A stretch of 63,188 bases of DNA, the filler included, from Octopus bimaculoides (Eukaryota), in assembly GCF_001194135.2 (NCBI RefSeq). It is 3 parts of 3 records of this genome, joined end to end, with 100 filler letters (N's around TTAATTAATTAA, not from the genome) between each part and the next. Parts side by side here need not be neighbours in the genome. Positions count along the whole stretch, not along the records: positions 44,401 to 63,188 come from NC_068982.1; 2 more parts are not named here. One strand, given 5' to 3'. The translations under genes and the position numbers were made by a program. The notes beneath the pieces were generated by a model. That model saw nothing but the letters and a program-made list of their open reading frames with translations, was not told where the DNA came from and did not search any database. This document shows positions 49,993 through 63,151 of this stretch, in pieces. How positions within the stretch are numbered: position 1 is the stretch's first letter; every line of letters starts with the position of its first letter.

Positions 49993-50993
49993 AAAATTAT
50001 AATAGATATATCAAAAATATATTTATATACTCAATATCAATTGTTAATAAACAAGAACTAATTCACATACAGGCGAGTTTATGTTCATGGTGTAGAACAG
50101 ATATAAAATATCACAAGAAGTCACACACAGCATATATCTGCTCATGATAATTAATGGTTTCTATTATAGGCACAAATCTTGAAATTTAGGAGCGGGTTTA
50201 TCCAGTAAAACCTGGCCTAGTAACTGACACGTACTATATTTAATCAGCAACTTACAAATGAAAGGAGAAAACGACATCGGCACGATTTAAACTCAGACGC
50301 TATAGGTATTCCCATATACACTAATAACATATATTTGTTCAAAAATTTTTCGACGGGGATGGGGTGAATAAAGGCAGACATAAAGCACTGCGAAGTAATC
50401 ATCTCTCGATGCTTGGAATATTTTTGCTACCGTATTTTTCCAATGATATCCTTTGATCAATCGAAGCGTGGAATTCAGAAATTAAAATGAAGGCGCTTTG
50501 ACGAGAAATTTATTTTCCAAACTCCATAGCAACGGACTTGATTCTGCTTGTAACTAAATTGGGCTAGTGGATTCTACTTTGGCCAAGCAGTGCCATAAGA
50601 ATGACTGAAAGCGTTCACAATTTCATGTTTATATATATGTGTAATGCATTATTAATAAATTCTTGCCTCGTTTGTTAAGGGCATAAAAAGTGAATATATA
50701 TATATATATANNNNNNNNNNNNNNNNNNNNNNNNNNNNNNNNNNNNNNNNNNNNNNNNNNNNNNNNNNNNNNNNNNNNNNNNNNNNNNNNNNNNNNNNNN
50801 NNNNNNNNNNNNNNNNNNNNNNNNNNNNNNNNNNNNNNNNNNNNNNNNNNNNNNNNNNNNNNNNNNNNNNNNNNNNNNNNNNNNNNNNNNNNNNNNNNNN
50901 NNNNNNNNNNNNNNNNNNNNNNNNNNNNNNNNNNNNNNNNNNNNNNNNNNNNNNNNNNNNNNNNNNNNNNNNNNNNNNNNNNNNNNNNNNNNN

Positions 50994-51054
<61 letters not shown>

Positions 51055-51539
51055 GAGAGAGACAGATATTCACAGAGAGAGAGAGAGAGATTCACAGAGA
51101 GAGAGAGATACAGAGAGAGAGAGAGAGATTTATAATAGTATAGAATACAATTATGATTAAGGTCATAGAAGAGACGATGCCTATGCTGAATATAGACATT
51201 AAATCGTCAAACTTAAAAATTATCAGTTTTATAGTACACAGCTTGTTGAAATCGATGGAATAGGCTCACAGAAATTCATAAAATAGTCAACCTTGGATTC
51301 ATCAATTTCTGGATTAGTCCAATAACATTTCCTTATCTGCAGGGGAAATAAATGACATATTTATACTTACCCATAGGAAAGCAAACGCAGCAACGGTTAC
51401 ATACAAATACCACAAATACAACCACTTCGAATTTTGTAGTCTACCTCAGAACGTGTATGTATAGTAATAGTAGTACCGAAGTGACTAGACTGTATCGAAG
51501 TGAATGGAAAATATTTTCAGTTATAATAATAATAATAAA

Positions 51540-51602
<63 letters not shown>

Positions 51603-51714
51603 CAAGGTGCGTAAGATATTTGACGACAGATTTATGTTGATATAAAACAGATATACGATAATAGATAATAACTTTATTTAAAAACCGTTAAAAGAACCAT
51701 CTAAAGATTTTATT

Positions 51715-52379
51715 ACCTTCGTGCGCTCAGGTCAGCGGATCCGTTCCAAGAAAAAGAACAAGAAACTTCCTGTGAGAAATGAAAAGTGGAACGACTATTC
51801 GGAAGTGACTACAGATTTGCCTGGGTGCCAGGCATTCTTTCCCATCCCAGTTATGGAAAAACCTGACATTCTAATGTGGTGTGAAAGAAGAAAAGTTGTA
51901 AATCTAGTTGAGTTAACGGTTCCTCATGAAGATAATATGGACGCCGCGCGGGCTCGAAAGATGGACCGTTATGAAAACCTCCTCGAGAAATTTGAAGTTG
52001 CAGGCTGGAAAGCGGAGCATTTTCCAATCGCAGTCGGATGTAGAGGATTTGTAGGAAACAGTGTGAAACGACTGCTTTTATCGTTAGGCCTAACTCATCG
52101 TAAGGTAAATACCACCATTACCGATATTCAAACTACAGTGGAGAAGGCTAGCCACTGGATTTGGTTAAAAAGAGACGATGAGCGATGGCTAGAGAAATAT
52201 TGAGCTTTGTTTTAATAATCAGTTGATCTAGCAAGCGGGGCCTCATATCAGTGAGCGGGGGCCGGTGCGCATTGATGCCGTCGAGAGGTAGGACCCGAAA
52301 CGGCGCGCATTCTCTCCTGATGACCCCATACACTTGCTGGCTTCCGTTATGCGGAGTTCTTGACTGGTAGCACTTGCAT
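51715..52379 (+). mobile_element. HERO/NeSL-like RLE retrotransposon, 3' end with intact terminal ORF segment and 3'UTR
   Basis: EKPDILMWCERRKVVNLVELTVPHEDNMDAARARKMDRYENL...GWKAEHFPIAVGCRGFV...EKASHWIWLKR: PD-(D/E)xK RLE with ELTVP.E and VGCRGF, characteristic of Hero-type elements. Confidence 0.85.
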
Positions 52380-53051
52380 GTGCAAGTTGTTTGCAAGACA
52401 CATGCTATGAGGATAAAAATAAGCCTTTTCTATGCTATTCAATAAAGCCAACTGCTTCTATATGAGATCTAAGTCACCTACATGCCCGAATCGACTGGTC
52501 CTGGTTCGTGTTGGACATTACTCTGATTATGGCAGCTTTCAAAGAATCTTTGTTATGGCTCATTGACCTCTCTCTCAACAACGCTCCACATGTAATGGTC
52601 CAATGGATTGAGATCTGGGGAATTAGGAGGGAAAATGTTAGGGGTTATGTGATCATGAAAATTTTCAGCAATCCATTCCTGTGTTACTCGAGAGCCATGT
52701 GTGATAGTTCAGAGTCTTACTGAAACAAATATGGCCTTCCATTACATACACTGTCTATCCAGGGCTTCACAATTATTTCCAGGACCTCAATGTAGGCGGC
52801 AGAATTAACTCTAAGGCCTAGTAGAAAGAAGTAAAGAGGGGTCAAATGTCTTTCATTGCCGGCAACCCCTAATTCCATGACAATTGCAAGAAATTGTCTA
52901 TGCATAGCACTTGGAATTTAAGAAGGGTCTGCACCTAACCATAAGTCATTTTTCTGTTAACTCATTCATCTTGGTCTAAGTTTTTCTCGTTTGAGAGAAA
53001 CCAAATCAAATCTTCTGTTGGATTTTTTAAATTTGTCTTACTTTCCCCCTG
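52380..53051 (-). mobile_element. Tc1/mariner maT (DD37D) transposon, internally deleted
   Basis: Starts TA-CAGGGG. Minus translation GLRVNSAAYIEVLEIIVKPWIDSVCNGRPYLFQ*DS...RVTQEWIAENFHDHITPNIFPPNSPDLNPLDHYMWSVVER; 37 residues between the 2nd and 3rd Asp after removing a 2-nt insertion. Confidence 0.85.
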
Positions 53052-53931
53052 TATATATATATATATATNNNNNNNNNNNNNNNNNNNNNNNNNNNNNNNN
53101 NNNNNNNNNNNNNNNNNNNNNNNNNNNNNNNNNNNNNNNNNNNNNNNNNNNNNNNNNNNNNNNNNNNNNNNNNNNNNNNNNNNNNNNNNNNNNNNNNNNN
53201 NNNNNNNNNNNNNNNNNNNNNNNNNNNNNNNNNNNNNNNNNNNNNNNNNNNNNNNNNNNNNNNNNNNNNNNNNNNNNNNNNNNNNNNNNNNNNNNNNNNN
53301 NNNNNNNNNNNNNNNNNNNNNNNNNNNNNNNNNNNNNNNNNNNNNNNNNNNNNNNNNNNNNNNNNNNNNNNNNNNNNNNNNNNNNNNNNNNNNNNNNNNN
53401 NNNNNNNNNNNNNNNNNNNNNNNNNNNNNNNNNNNNNNNNNNNNNNNNNNNNNNNNNNNNNNNNNNNNNNNNNNNNNNNNNNNNNNNNNNNNNNNNNNNN
53501 NNNNNNNNNNNNNNNNNNNNNNNNNNNNNNNNNNNNNNNNNNNNNNNNNNNNNNNNNNNNNNNNNNNNNNNNNNNNNNNNNNNNNNNNNNNNNNNNNNNN
53601 NNNNNNNNNNNNNNNNNNNNNNNNNNNNNNNNNNNNNNNNNNNNNNNNNNNNNNNNNNNNNNNNNNNNNNNNNNNNNNNNNNNNNNNNNNNNNNNNNNNN
53701 NNNNNNNNNNNNNNNNNNNNNNNNNNNNNNNNNNNNNNNNNNNNNNNNNNNNNNNNNNNNNNNNNNNNNNNNNNNNNNNNNNNNNNNNNNNNNNNNNNNN
53801 NNNNNNNNNNNNNNNNNNNNNNNNNNNNNNNNNNNNNNNNNNNNNNNNNNNNNNNNNNNNNNNNNNNNNNNNNNNNNNNNNNNNNNNNNNNNNNNNNNNN
53901 NNNNNNNNNNNNNNNNNNNNNNNNNNNNNNN

Positions 53932-53963
<32 letters not shown>

Positions 53964-56719
53964 CATACACACATGTATATATATGTGTGTATAGACACAT
54001 ATATGCGTATAGACAAGTTATATACATACATACACACATAGACACACATGTACACAAACGCGCGCGCACATTCACACACATACCCACACACACATATATG
54101 CACACACATGAACACATGAAAAATGGAGTGAAGCGAAATAGTTCACTTCTAGAATCTTAGTTGTGCATGTATGAGGTCAACATATGTTACATTTATCATT
54201 ACTCTAATAGCTCGCTGTTTACTGGCTCTGCGAATTTATCATTCTTTGTAGCATATAAATTGTAAAATGGAAAGATATGTTCGCGTTTGTCTCCATACTT
54301 ACGAAATATGGGCTGAAAGCACGCATATAATCAATAAGTATATCATTCTTTTTCTTTTTTCTTCCCTTTTCCCAACCGAAATCTTCAACCTTTCTGCCGA
54401 GCGGATGAATGCTCCTTATTCTTAAGTTTCTCTTCAACTGTTACTGGGCAGTGACGTGAAATTGAAACATATACAGGGAGAGAAAAAGTGACCATTCGTA
54501 TGAATACTAGCGTTAAAGTAACATCTGAAATATTTTTACTTTTCAGAAATGTTTTTCTTGTACAACCACTAGTTTAGAAAGAGTATAAGTGAAAATATAT
54601 ATGTAGGTATGCGCATATATGAATGTTAACATGTATATACAGACAAGCAGACAGACAAAGGCAGACAGGCAAACAAACACACAAACACATACATGCACAC
54701 ACACGGGTTCTGAAAAAAACTATAACACAGATGTCTTTGTAAGTGCTATTGGATTAGTACATTGTGAAATATTTTCTATCAGCGTTGTCCAAAGGCTGCC
54801 AGAATCACAAATCACACACTGTTACCTCCATGTCATATATTCCGTACAAAACTTGAAGTTACATCATATAAATAAAGTATATCGCAATACAAATTTTTTA
54901 CTTAACCGGTCCCCCTTTATTGAATATTCCTTCTAACGAAATACTGAATGATTTTTATCGAAATATATTATTACAAATAGTTAATAATTCGGCGATTGAA
55001 CTGAAAAAATATTTAAAAAAGCATATTGTTACCGATTGTAATACAGTTTAGTGTTCTATACATCATTTGCAATAGAATAGGTAAACCATATCTTTATTGT
55101 TTTTGTAAATTTATATCTTTGTAAATTATCTTCAACTCACGAATTTTACATTTCGTATTATGATTTCCCCTATTTTCTGTCTAATGTCGCTGTAACTCGC
55201 ACTAAATCAAATTATATATTCAATGTTACAACAGACTTTCATTCAAAGTTGAAACTCTTAAAATAATAATAACAATAAAATATATATCGTTTGCACGAAT
55301 TAAAAAGTTCTGACACGCACAATCAATGTCAGAAAATGGATGAAATGGAACACTTGGATCATACCATTATATGAGGCTCTGAAAAAGACATACCTTTCCT
55401 CACAACTTATATTCAAGCTCTTGTTGTCAAATATGTCCTCATATTTGATTAGGCTTCTTTCTCCAACAGCTTAAGTTCCATCTATATTTGCTAGTCAGTC
55501 TCCCGTGTACAAGAGGGATTCACATGATTATGTTACCTCATAATTATGTGTAACTGTCACTTGGTACCGACTAAATAAAATCCCACATATAGATTCAATG
55601 GAAGATAAGTCATAATCTCCGCAGATTTAAGGTTATTTCTATAGAGAAATTCTGTTGGAATGCGGAACCCTTTAGCCAAAAGGTTGCTTGTTACACAATG
55701 ACTCGAATGGATGAGTTTTATGTTTATTTCTTCGATTCAAATTGAAGGTCAAACTGTTGTTGCTGTATGTTTGCTTAAAAGTAAGCTAATCAATATCAAG
55801 TCGTATCTCTTCTGAAAAATCTCGCTTCACTCATTTTTTTATTAAAATCTCATAAAAACTTCATACACCAGTCACTAAACAATATTCTATAGAGTTACTC
55901 AATATTTGACGTTCTAAATTTTATATCGCTTCCTTATCTTAGAAGCGACTAATCTTATTATTAACGAACATGTAGTAAAAGTGATTTTCAATTGATAAGC
56001 ACTTGATATTATGCTGTTCTAATTTAACTAAGTAACACAACAGGAAAACAAAATTTAATTAATTAATTTCCAAACCAGGAATATTCCGTGTTGCGAAAAA
56101 TACATTTGAAGTTATATAAGATTACAAACAATCTTTTTTTTTTTTTCTGATAAGGTGACCGAACGTGTCAAGTTTATCATGGATAAGACATTTTAGCACT
56201 TAAATCAATGATTATCGTTCACGAGACCTATAGTCTGGTACTGTTTTAGAATAGAGAATTATAAAATAATGCAATACGGGGTTATAAAATTCAAGTGTAG
56301 AAATATCTGAAAGAATGCTTCCTATAAATACACTAATATTATAAGAAGACTCTAGTTTTATATTCAATCAATAGTTTTAAGAAAACACGCAACCATATGA
56401 TTTACACATAATAAACAAGGCAAACATACTATGCTATACAGCAGGTTCTATTTATAAATTTCATCGTGCAAAATTTGAAGTGAATAATATTACAGAATGA
56501 AAAAATAAAGACTGTGTTTAATGGTTCGCTTCGCAACGACATGCTTCTGGAGTCAGTTTCATCGCAGGGTTTCATCAACCTCTTATGAACTGGTTTTAAA
56601 AGAATGTGTAGTCAATACAATTATATCTATGTATGCAGCCTCTGTCACCACCTAACACTACCTTCCATGTCAAAAGAACTCTTTTAAATTCACCAACATA
56701 CTCGTACAAAGAAACACAA

Positions 56720-57220
56720 GTACGCACACATATACCTGCATGCAGATACCAAATATCTGATGCACAAAAGGGACAGAGATGCAACAAAAACGGTAAAATG
56801 TGACAACCGATACAGACTTTGTAGAGTAAACACCGAAGATATCACCCACATCATAAGCAATTGTCCGAAAATATCATCACGGTATTATCTACCGTTGAGA
56901 CATCATTCTGTTGCTAGGACACAGATGAAATCTGTCGGAAGGATAATCCCGAGGACAAAGAAATAAGAACGCACAGTAAGGTAGAAGTCATAGACACTCA
57001 TAATCAAAAGGAGTACTGGTGGAATGCCTCAGTGAAAACTTCAATAAAATGTAAACACAATAGACTTGATATGAGGATTTGGGATAGAGAAGAGTAACTG
57101 TGTACAGTTGTGGAAACCAGCTGCCTAGCGGTTGTTAAGATAAAGTTTAAGATCAGTAAAAAAGAGAACATTATTAAGAAATCTGAACTGTTGAGAAATC
57201 TGCAGTTACTCTATCCAGAT
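56720..57220 (+). mobile_element. RLE-type (R4/NeSL-like) non-LTR retrotransposon fragment: zinc knuckle + endonuclease
   Basis: KCDNRYRLCRVNTEDITHIISNCPKISSRYYLPLRHHSVA (CCHC plus RH), then YWWNASVKTSIKCKHNRLDMRIWDREE...VVETSC...KENI...LLRNLQLLYPDY. Confidence 0.85.
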
Positions 57221-58159
57221 TATATATATGTGTGTGTGTGTGTGTGTATGTGTGTATTAGGATCTATATGTGTGTATGTATGTGCGTATATTATTGTATA
57301 TGCATATATATGTTTACCGTATACGTTTATATCATGTATATTTTATATCTATAGAAGTGTATAGTATAAATTTATAATAAAATAGAAATAAAGAAAAAAT
57401 GCGTACTATTTAATATAGAGTAGATTATAATAATACGATGAAATACATAACAGTTGCTACAATTATATTCGCAGCTACTTGTTTTAGATTTCTGTCTTTT
57501 GATCTCTCCAGAAATAAGAGACCGAGTTTATTACTGAAGAAATCACAAGACCGAGATCTAATGCAATAACTCAAACTTAATTATAGCAACTGTTATTTTA
57601 TTCTCTCACGCATATTCGTACAACTTATACATACGTATACACACATGCATAACTATTTGTATAGTTGTGTGTGTGTCTGTATCTGTGCGTGCGTGTGTAA
57701 GTGTAAAAATAGTTGGTCTGACTTGCAAAAGGCGTTTGGGGACTTAAAAAGAAATGTAGATTATAATTTTTAATGTTTTTCATTTATTAGAATACCGTAC
57801 CGGTGTCAACAGTTTTAAATGTTATAGAAAAAAAAATGACGTGACATTACAATAAAGAGAATGCAAAACATACGATTCTTATCGATAAAACACACTCAAA
57901 AAGTAGATGCAGAATATCTTTCATAAAAAAATCAAATGATTGATAAATTTTAATGCAATAATACATGATAACAGTTTATATATTCAATAAGTTTCATAAC
58001 AATGAATTATGTTAGCGATTAGGTATGATAAATATTTGAGATTATAAGAAAAAATTCTTTTATAAGTTCTATATTGTGTTTTCTGTTGAAATTGTTCATC
58101 GCTTGCTTTACTCGTTCGAATGTGGAATGTGATTTATTTTTCAGGATAATATTGATTTT

Positions 58160-58355
58160 AAATTTTGGCACAAGGTTAGCAATCTCTAGTTAAGTCGATA
58201 AAACCGACCCCAGTGCTCATCTTGTACTTGTCTTAACGATCCCAAACTGATGAAAGGTAAAGTCGACCTCGGCGGAATTTGAACTCAATAGACATTCGAA
58301 ATGCTGATAAGCATTTTACCCGGCGAGCGAACGTTTCTGTCAACTCACCGTCTTT
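58160..58355 (-). mobile_element. SINE family A copy
   Basis: gatgaaaggtaaagtcgacctcggcggaatttgaactc...cccggcgagcgaacgtttctg. Confidence 0.8.
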
Positions 58356-59932
58356 CTTCAGACTAATACGTTTTTTTAAGACAGGTTAAAGTTCTGGTTG
58401 ACTACGTACTAAAAATTATCTTTTCTATTTGCTCGCCTATGACCCAGCTGGCTGCTCGATTGGCTGACTGCTCGGTGAGACATTTGTAAAAAAGAAAGAA
58501 ATGGTTTTCGTCCCTTGTTTTGTTGACAGTAGCCAAGTATTCTGGTTGGCTGACTGCTACGTCTATTCTGATAATTCTTTTTTGTCCGAAATAGACAACA
58601 TTCTATCTGCTTATCAAATGTCTTGGCCACTTGATTTAATATTCTAGCCATCTGGTTGGCTGGCTCCTTTTTTATGTCAATTGCTTTTCTTTAGTCTTAA
58701 TAACAGCACTTTTTTTTTTGTATTTCTTCCTCAGGGTCCAGTTTCGATGAAAAACAAAATTCATTGGTGACATAAGGAAATAAATTTTTAAAAAGTGTAA
58801 TTAGATATCGCTTGTAATTTAGGCATTCGTATTCCAAACGAGGCACGTTGCATCAAATTTTGATTTTCCTTTATTATTTTTGATGGTTCGGTTTTTTAAC
58901 TTAAGTTGATTATATCATGTTTTCCTGTTCAGGCACTTTCACACTTTCAAAAGAACATAGCAGAAAAGTAAAAGAACTATTTTACGGGGATTAATGCAAA
59001 AACAATCATTATAGAATCAGTAAAATCTACAAGGCAGAAAATATTAATGAAACGCGTAAAGGATAAACTTCAATTTTTATTAACATAGTACCTCTGAAAG
59101 ACCTAGAATAATGATTGATCATAACAGGAGAGCTTTGTGAAACGCACAGATTTAGAAGCCTTTTGATATACTCCTCAAACTCATTCTTAAGCACATAGAG
59201 ATCTTAATGAGCGATGAAGCCACCCCGCAAAATAATTTTGACAAGTTCCTTAGACAATTTATATATGCCAGGCAGACACGGCTGCATGGTATGAAGTTTG
59301 ATTTCTAAAGACAATATATCGGGTTCAGTCGCACTGCAAGGTACTTATGGTAAATGTCTTATACTATAACTTCGGACCTATAAGAGGCCCGTAATATATA
59401 TATANNNNNNNNNNNNNNNNNNNNNNNNNNNNNNNNNNNNNNNNNNNNNNNNNNNNNNNNNNNNNNNNNNNNNNNNNNNNNNNNNNNNNNNNNNNNNNNN
59501 NNNNNNNNNNNNNNNNNNNNNNNNNNNNNNNNNNNNNNNNNNNNNNNNNNNNNNNNNNNNNNNNNNNNNNNNNNNNNNNNNNNNNNNNNNNNNNNNNNNN
59601 NNNNNNNNNNNNNNNNNNNNNNNNNNNNNNNNNNNNNNNNNNNNNNNNNNNNNNNNNNNNNNNNNNNNNNNNNNNNNNNNNNNNNNNNNNNNNNNNNNNN
59701 NNNNNNNNNNNNNNNNNNNNNNNNNNNNNNNNNNNNNNNNNNNNNNNNNNNNNNNNNNNNNNNNNNNNNNNNNNNNNNNNNNNNNNNNNNNNNNNNNNNN
59801 NNNNNNNNNNNNNNNNNNNNNNNNNNNNNNNNNNNNNNNNNNNNNNNNNNNNNNNNNNNNNNNNNNNNNNNNNNNNNNNNNNNNNNNNNNNNNNNNNNNN
59901 NNNNNNNNNNNNNNNNNNNNNNNNNNNNNNNN

Positions 59933-60082
59933 TCCTTATTTCTTTCTGTGTTCCTATCAGTTGAAGAGCGTAGGCTCGAAACATCAAAGACTTTCTCTAT
60001 TCCCGAGCGTTAAACTAATACATCCATTTGTTGTTTACACCACCTGTCTTCGTCTGTTGGTTTTTTTTTTGTAAATTCTCCC
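59933..60082 (+). repeat. pLTR-like unit with variant hammerhead motif (59958-59990)
   Basis: cagttgaagagcgtaggctcgaaacatcaaagactttctc...cccgagcgttaaactaatacatcc. Confidence 0.7.
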
Positions 60083-60102
60083 ATATATATATATATATAT
60101 AT

Positions 60103-61165
60103 GGGTTAAATAAAATGAGATAACGAGGCCAAAGCAGTGTGATATTTCTAGCACATTTATAAAAAAGTGGTCTTTCAGCTGTTTCAGGGATATAAAAGAT
60201 ATCTCATCATCAGAGACTATATAAGAGAGTTTTAATAGAAGGAAATAGAGTTCATTATATAAGAGGTTATTTTGGAAAGGGAGATATAAAGGAAGTATAA
60301 AGGGAAATATGAGAATAAAAATATATGTTGGATGTGAAAGCTTCCGTTCCATTATCCAAGGAATTTTAAAGGGAAATATGTGAGTAAAAATATATGTTGG
60401 GTGTTAAAGTTCCTGTTTTATTATCTAAGGAATCTGCTGTCTAGTATGGGTAAAGAGGCATCTTGTCTATGGTATGTAAATTTTGATAAAAGTTCATATT
60501 TTGTTATTTCAAATGGATAGTGTGAGAATATAATGGTATGTGGAAGTAAATAGAGAGAAGAGCATAAAGAAGTATGTTAGAAATAAGAATAAATGACATC
60601 AGTGAAAAGGATTAGGGGTGGAAAGGGCAGAGAGAAAGAGAAAAGGAAAAAAGAGTGCTAGATGGTAGTTAAGATATTGTGTGGGGTGGAGAGAGGAAAG
60701 CTATCAGTAGATAAAAGGAATAGGGGAGGGATAGAACAAAGAGATAAGAATTTAATACTTCCCTATACCAGTATATTCTCAAATTTCATTTACACTACAA
60801 GGTCCTGTTGAACGAACAGTACATGGAATTAATATCTGCACACTCTCCATTTGAAATAAGATAAATGTGAACTCCTATCGGAATTTACATACCATGGACA
60901 GGATACCTCTTTACCCATTCTACACAGCAGATTCCTTGGATAATGGAACAGCAACTTTAACACTCAACATATATTTTTACTCACATATTTCCCTTTAAAC
61001 ATTCTGTACCTCTCCTATTCCAAAATAATTTCTTACAAAATGACTTCTACTATTTCCTTCTATGGAAACTCGCTGAAACAGCTGTGAGGCTACGTTTCTC
61101 TTCATAAATAACCTAGAAATATAATATCACACTGCCTTGGCCATGTTATCTCATTTTATTTAAGA
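60103..61165. repeat. Large imperfect inverted repeat (arms about 60103-60520 and 60840-61165), probably Penelope 3'-end derived
   Basis: aaataaaatgagataac...gcagtgtgatatt vs aatatcacactgcc...gttatctcattttattt; aagggaaatatgtgagtaaaaatatatgttg vs caacatatatttttactcacatatttccctt; gaggcatcttgtctatggtatgtaaat vs atttacataccatggacaggatacctc. Confidence 0.8.
60168..60217 (-). ncRNA. Minimal type-I hammerhead-like motif with canonical CUGAUGA core
   Basis: Minus strand gtct-CTGATGA-tgagatat-cttt-tatatccct-GAAACAGCTG-a-a-agac; stem I gtct/agac; U16.1 is mutated to A in this copy. Confidence 0.55.
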
Positions 61166-61362
61166 TATACACGCTCACGCACGACCCACATGAGACACCT
61201 GACTCTCACTATTATAAAATCGTGAGTATAATAGCGGTCCTTCCATAGCACTTATATAGCCTTACCTGCCTTTTGGGCTTTCTGAATACCAAAACATCTC
61301 ATACGCAGACATACATGCGCTCGCGCATGTGTTTGTACATACAAATATATATGTGTATATAT

Positions 61363-61400
<38 letters not shown>

Positions 61401-61522
61401 ACAAAAAGTTCCCGAGCTAGTTTTNNNNNNNNNNNNNNNNNNNNNNNNNNNNNNNNNNNNNNNNNNNNNNNNNNNNNNNNNNNNNNNNNNNNNNNNNNNN
61501 NNNNNNNNNNNNNNNNNNNNNN

Positions 61523-61563
<41 letters not shown>

Positions 61564-61660
61564 TACATACACACACACATACACACACAGACACACACAT
61601 ACATACACACACACACACACAAACACCCCCCCCCCATATATATATATATATATATATATA

Positions 61661-62561
61661 TAACAAAAAGTTCCCGAGCTAGTTTTGTAGCACGTCAACA
61701 GATAGCAGTACGCGGTTGCGAGCGCAATGAGGACTAGCGGTGATCGTCATGAGGCAGTGTGCCGATTCACATCACTGAGTTCACTTCGAAAGTTGTGAAA
61801 TTTCTGTTTCTGTGATCACGTGTAATTTGTAGTCTGCGATTTTTGTCATGGACAGGGAGATAGAGCAAAGAGCCAACGTGAAATTCTGCATTAAACTTGA
61901 GAAGTCGGCTACAAGGACATTGAGCATATTTCGGCAAGCTTACAGTGGGGAAGCAATGGGTCGTATGCAATGTTTCGAGTGGCAGTGACGCTTCAAACGC
62001 CGAAGAACGTCTCTAGAAGATGATGACCGATCTGGAAGACTTACCGCGAACGTTATCCCCGGAAATGTGGAGAAAATTTATTAGCTTGTGCATGAGGATA
62101 GTCGAAGGACAATCAGCGACATTGCTGCTGTATGCTGGTTTGCCATACGTGCCCGTGCAGGCAGACCTAATCTCTGGATTCTTCACGACGACAACGCACC
62201 CTATAGCTGAGATCTCCTCATTCGTGAGTTTCTCGCCAAACCCAACATGGTATTGCTTCTGCACCCACGCAATTCGTCGGATTTAGCACCTGCAGACATC
62301 CCTTTCTTCTCCAAGATGAAAATGCAGGTTAAAGGTCGTCATTTTAACACCGTTGTCAAGATCCAGAGTGAATCACAAGTGGTCGTCGACTCACTTACAT
62401 AAAACGAGTTCGAGGCCGGATTCCAAAAAGTAGCGGGAAGGCTGGCACCGGTGTATATCTGTGCAAGGTCACTATTTCGGAAATGATGTTAAAACTTACA
62501 GAAATAAGGAATTTCCTTACTAAACATAACCAGTCCAGAAACTCTTTGAATCCACTTCGTA
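61661..62561 (+). mobile_element. Mariner (DD34D-type) transposon, internally deleted and decayed
   Basis: ATG 61848: MDREIEQRANVKFCIKLEKSATRTL...QAY...CFEW..RFK...SLEDDDRSGR; later WILHDDNAP, DLAPAD, LKGR.F-like. 3' TIR ccagtccagaaactctttgaatccacttcgTA; partial 5' TIR acaaaaagttcccgagctag. Confidence 0.9.
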
Positions 62562-62589
62562 TGCGCACGCGTGTGTGTGTATGTGTGTG

Positions 62590-62745
62590 TCTGTATATCT
62601 GCGTTTGTCTTTCCCCATCCCTTGACAACCGTAGTCTAGCGGTTCGACAAAAGAATTATTACTGGGTTCGAGTCGTTCAACTAAAACTCTTCAAGTCGGT
62701 GCCCAGCATGGCCGCAGATACAAGAAATTGAAGGAGTAAAAGAAT
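62590..62745 (+). mobile_element. SINE family B, 3' half (deleted)
   Basis: ccttgacaaccg...tagcggttcgac...cagcatggccgcag...gagtaaaag. Confidence 0.7.
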
Positions 62746-62769
62746 AGAAGAATAAATAATATATATATA

Positions 62770-63045
62770 CTGTTGTGTCTGGGGAGAGTCTTTTTCTTTT
62801 TGTGCCTTGAAAATTAACACACTCACTGGTAAAATTTCCACTTATTTCTTATTTTTATTTTCCTAAAATTTTCGTTGCGTCTTGCAACCTTATCAATAGT
62901 CTTGGACAGTCAAGACTATTGAAAAGGTTGCAAGACGGAACGAAAATTTTAGGAAAATAAAAATAAGAAATAAATGGAAATTTTAACGGTGAGTGTGTTA
63001 AATTTCAAGGCACAATAAGAAAATGAGTCTCCCCAAACACAACAG
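62770..63045. mobile_element. Foldback (hairpin) MITE-like element
   Basis: Arms about 62770-62904 and 62911-63045 are near-perfect reverse complements around caatagtcttg-gacagt-caagactattg. Confidence 0.9.
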
Positions 63046-63151
63046 AATATGTTTCAACACACGAAATCACATAAAATATCTTGAAAACCAAATCCCAAAA
63101 CTATATATATACACGCATATATATATCTATATATATAAAAATGAGAATGTG

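Noticed and set aside
55300-55900. Possible retroelement ORF remnant on the minus strand
   Set aside because: Looks coding-derived, but I could not assign diagnostic motifs, so it was not called.
61399-61685. Mariner left end appearing twice
   Set aside because: The first copy stops at an N gap and is identical to the second; most likely a scaffolding duplication.
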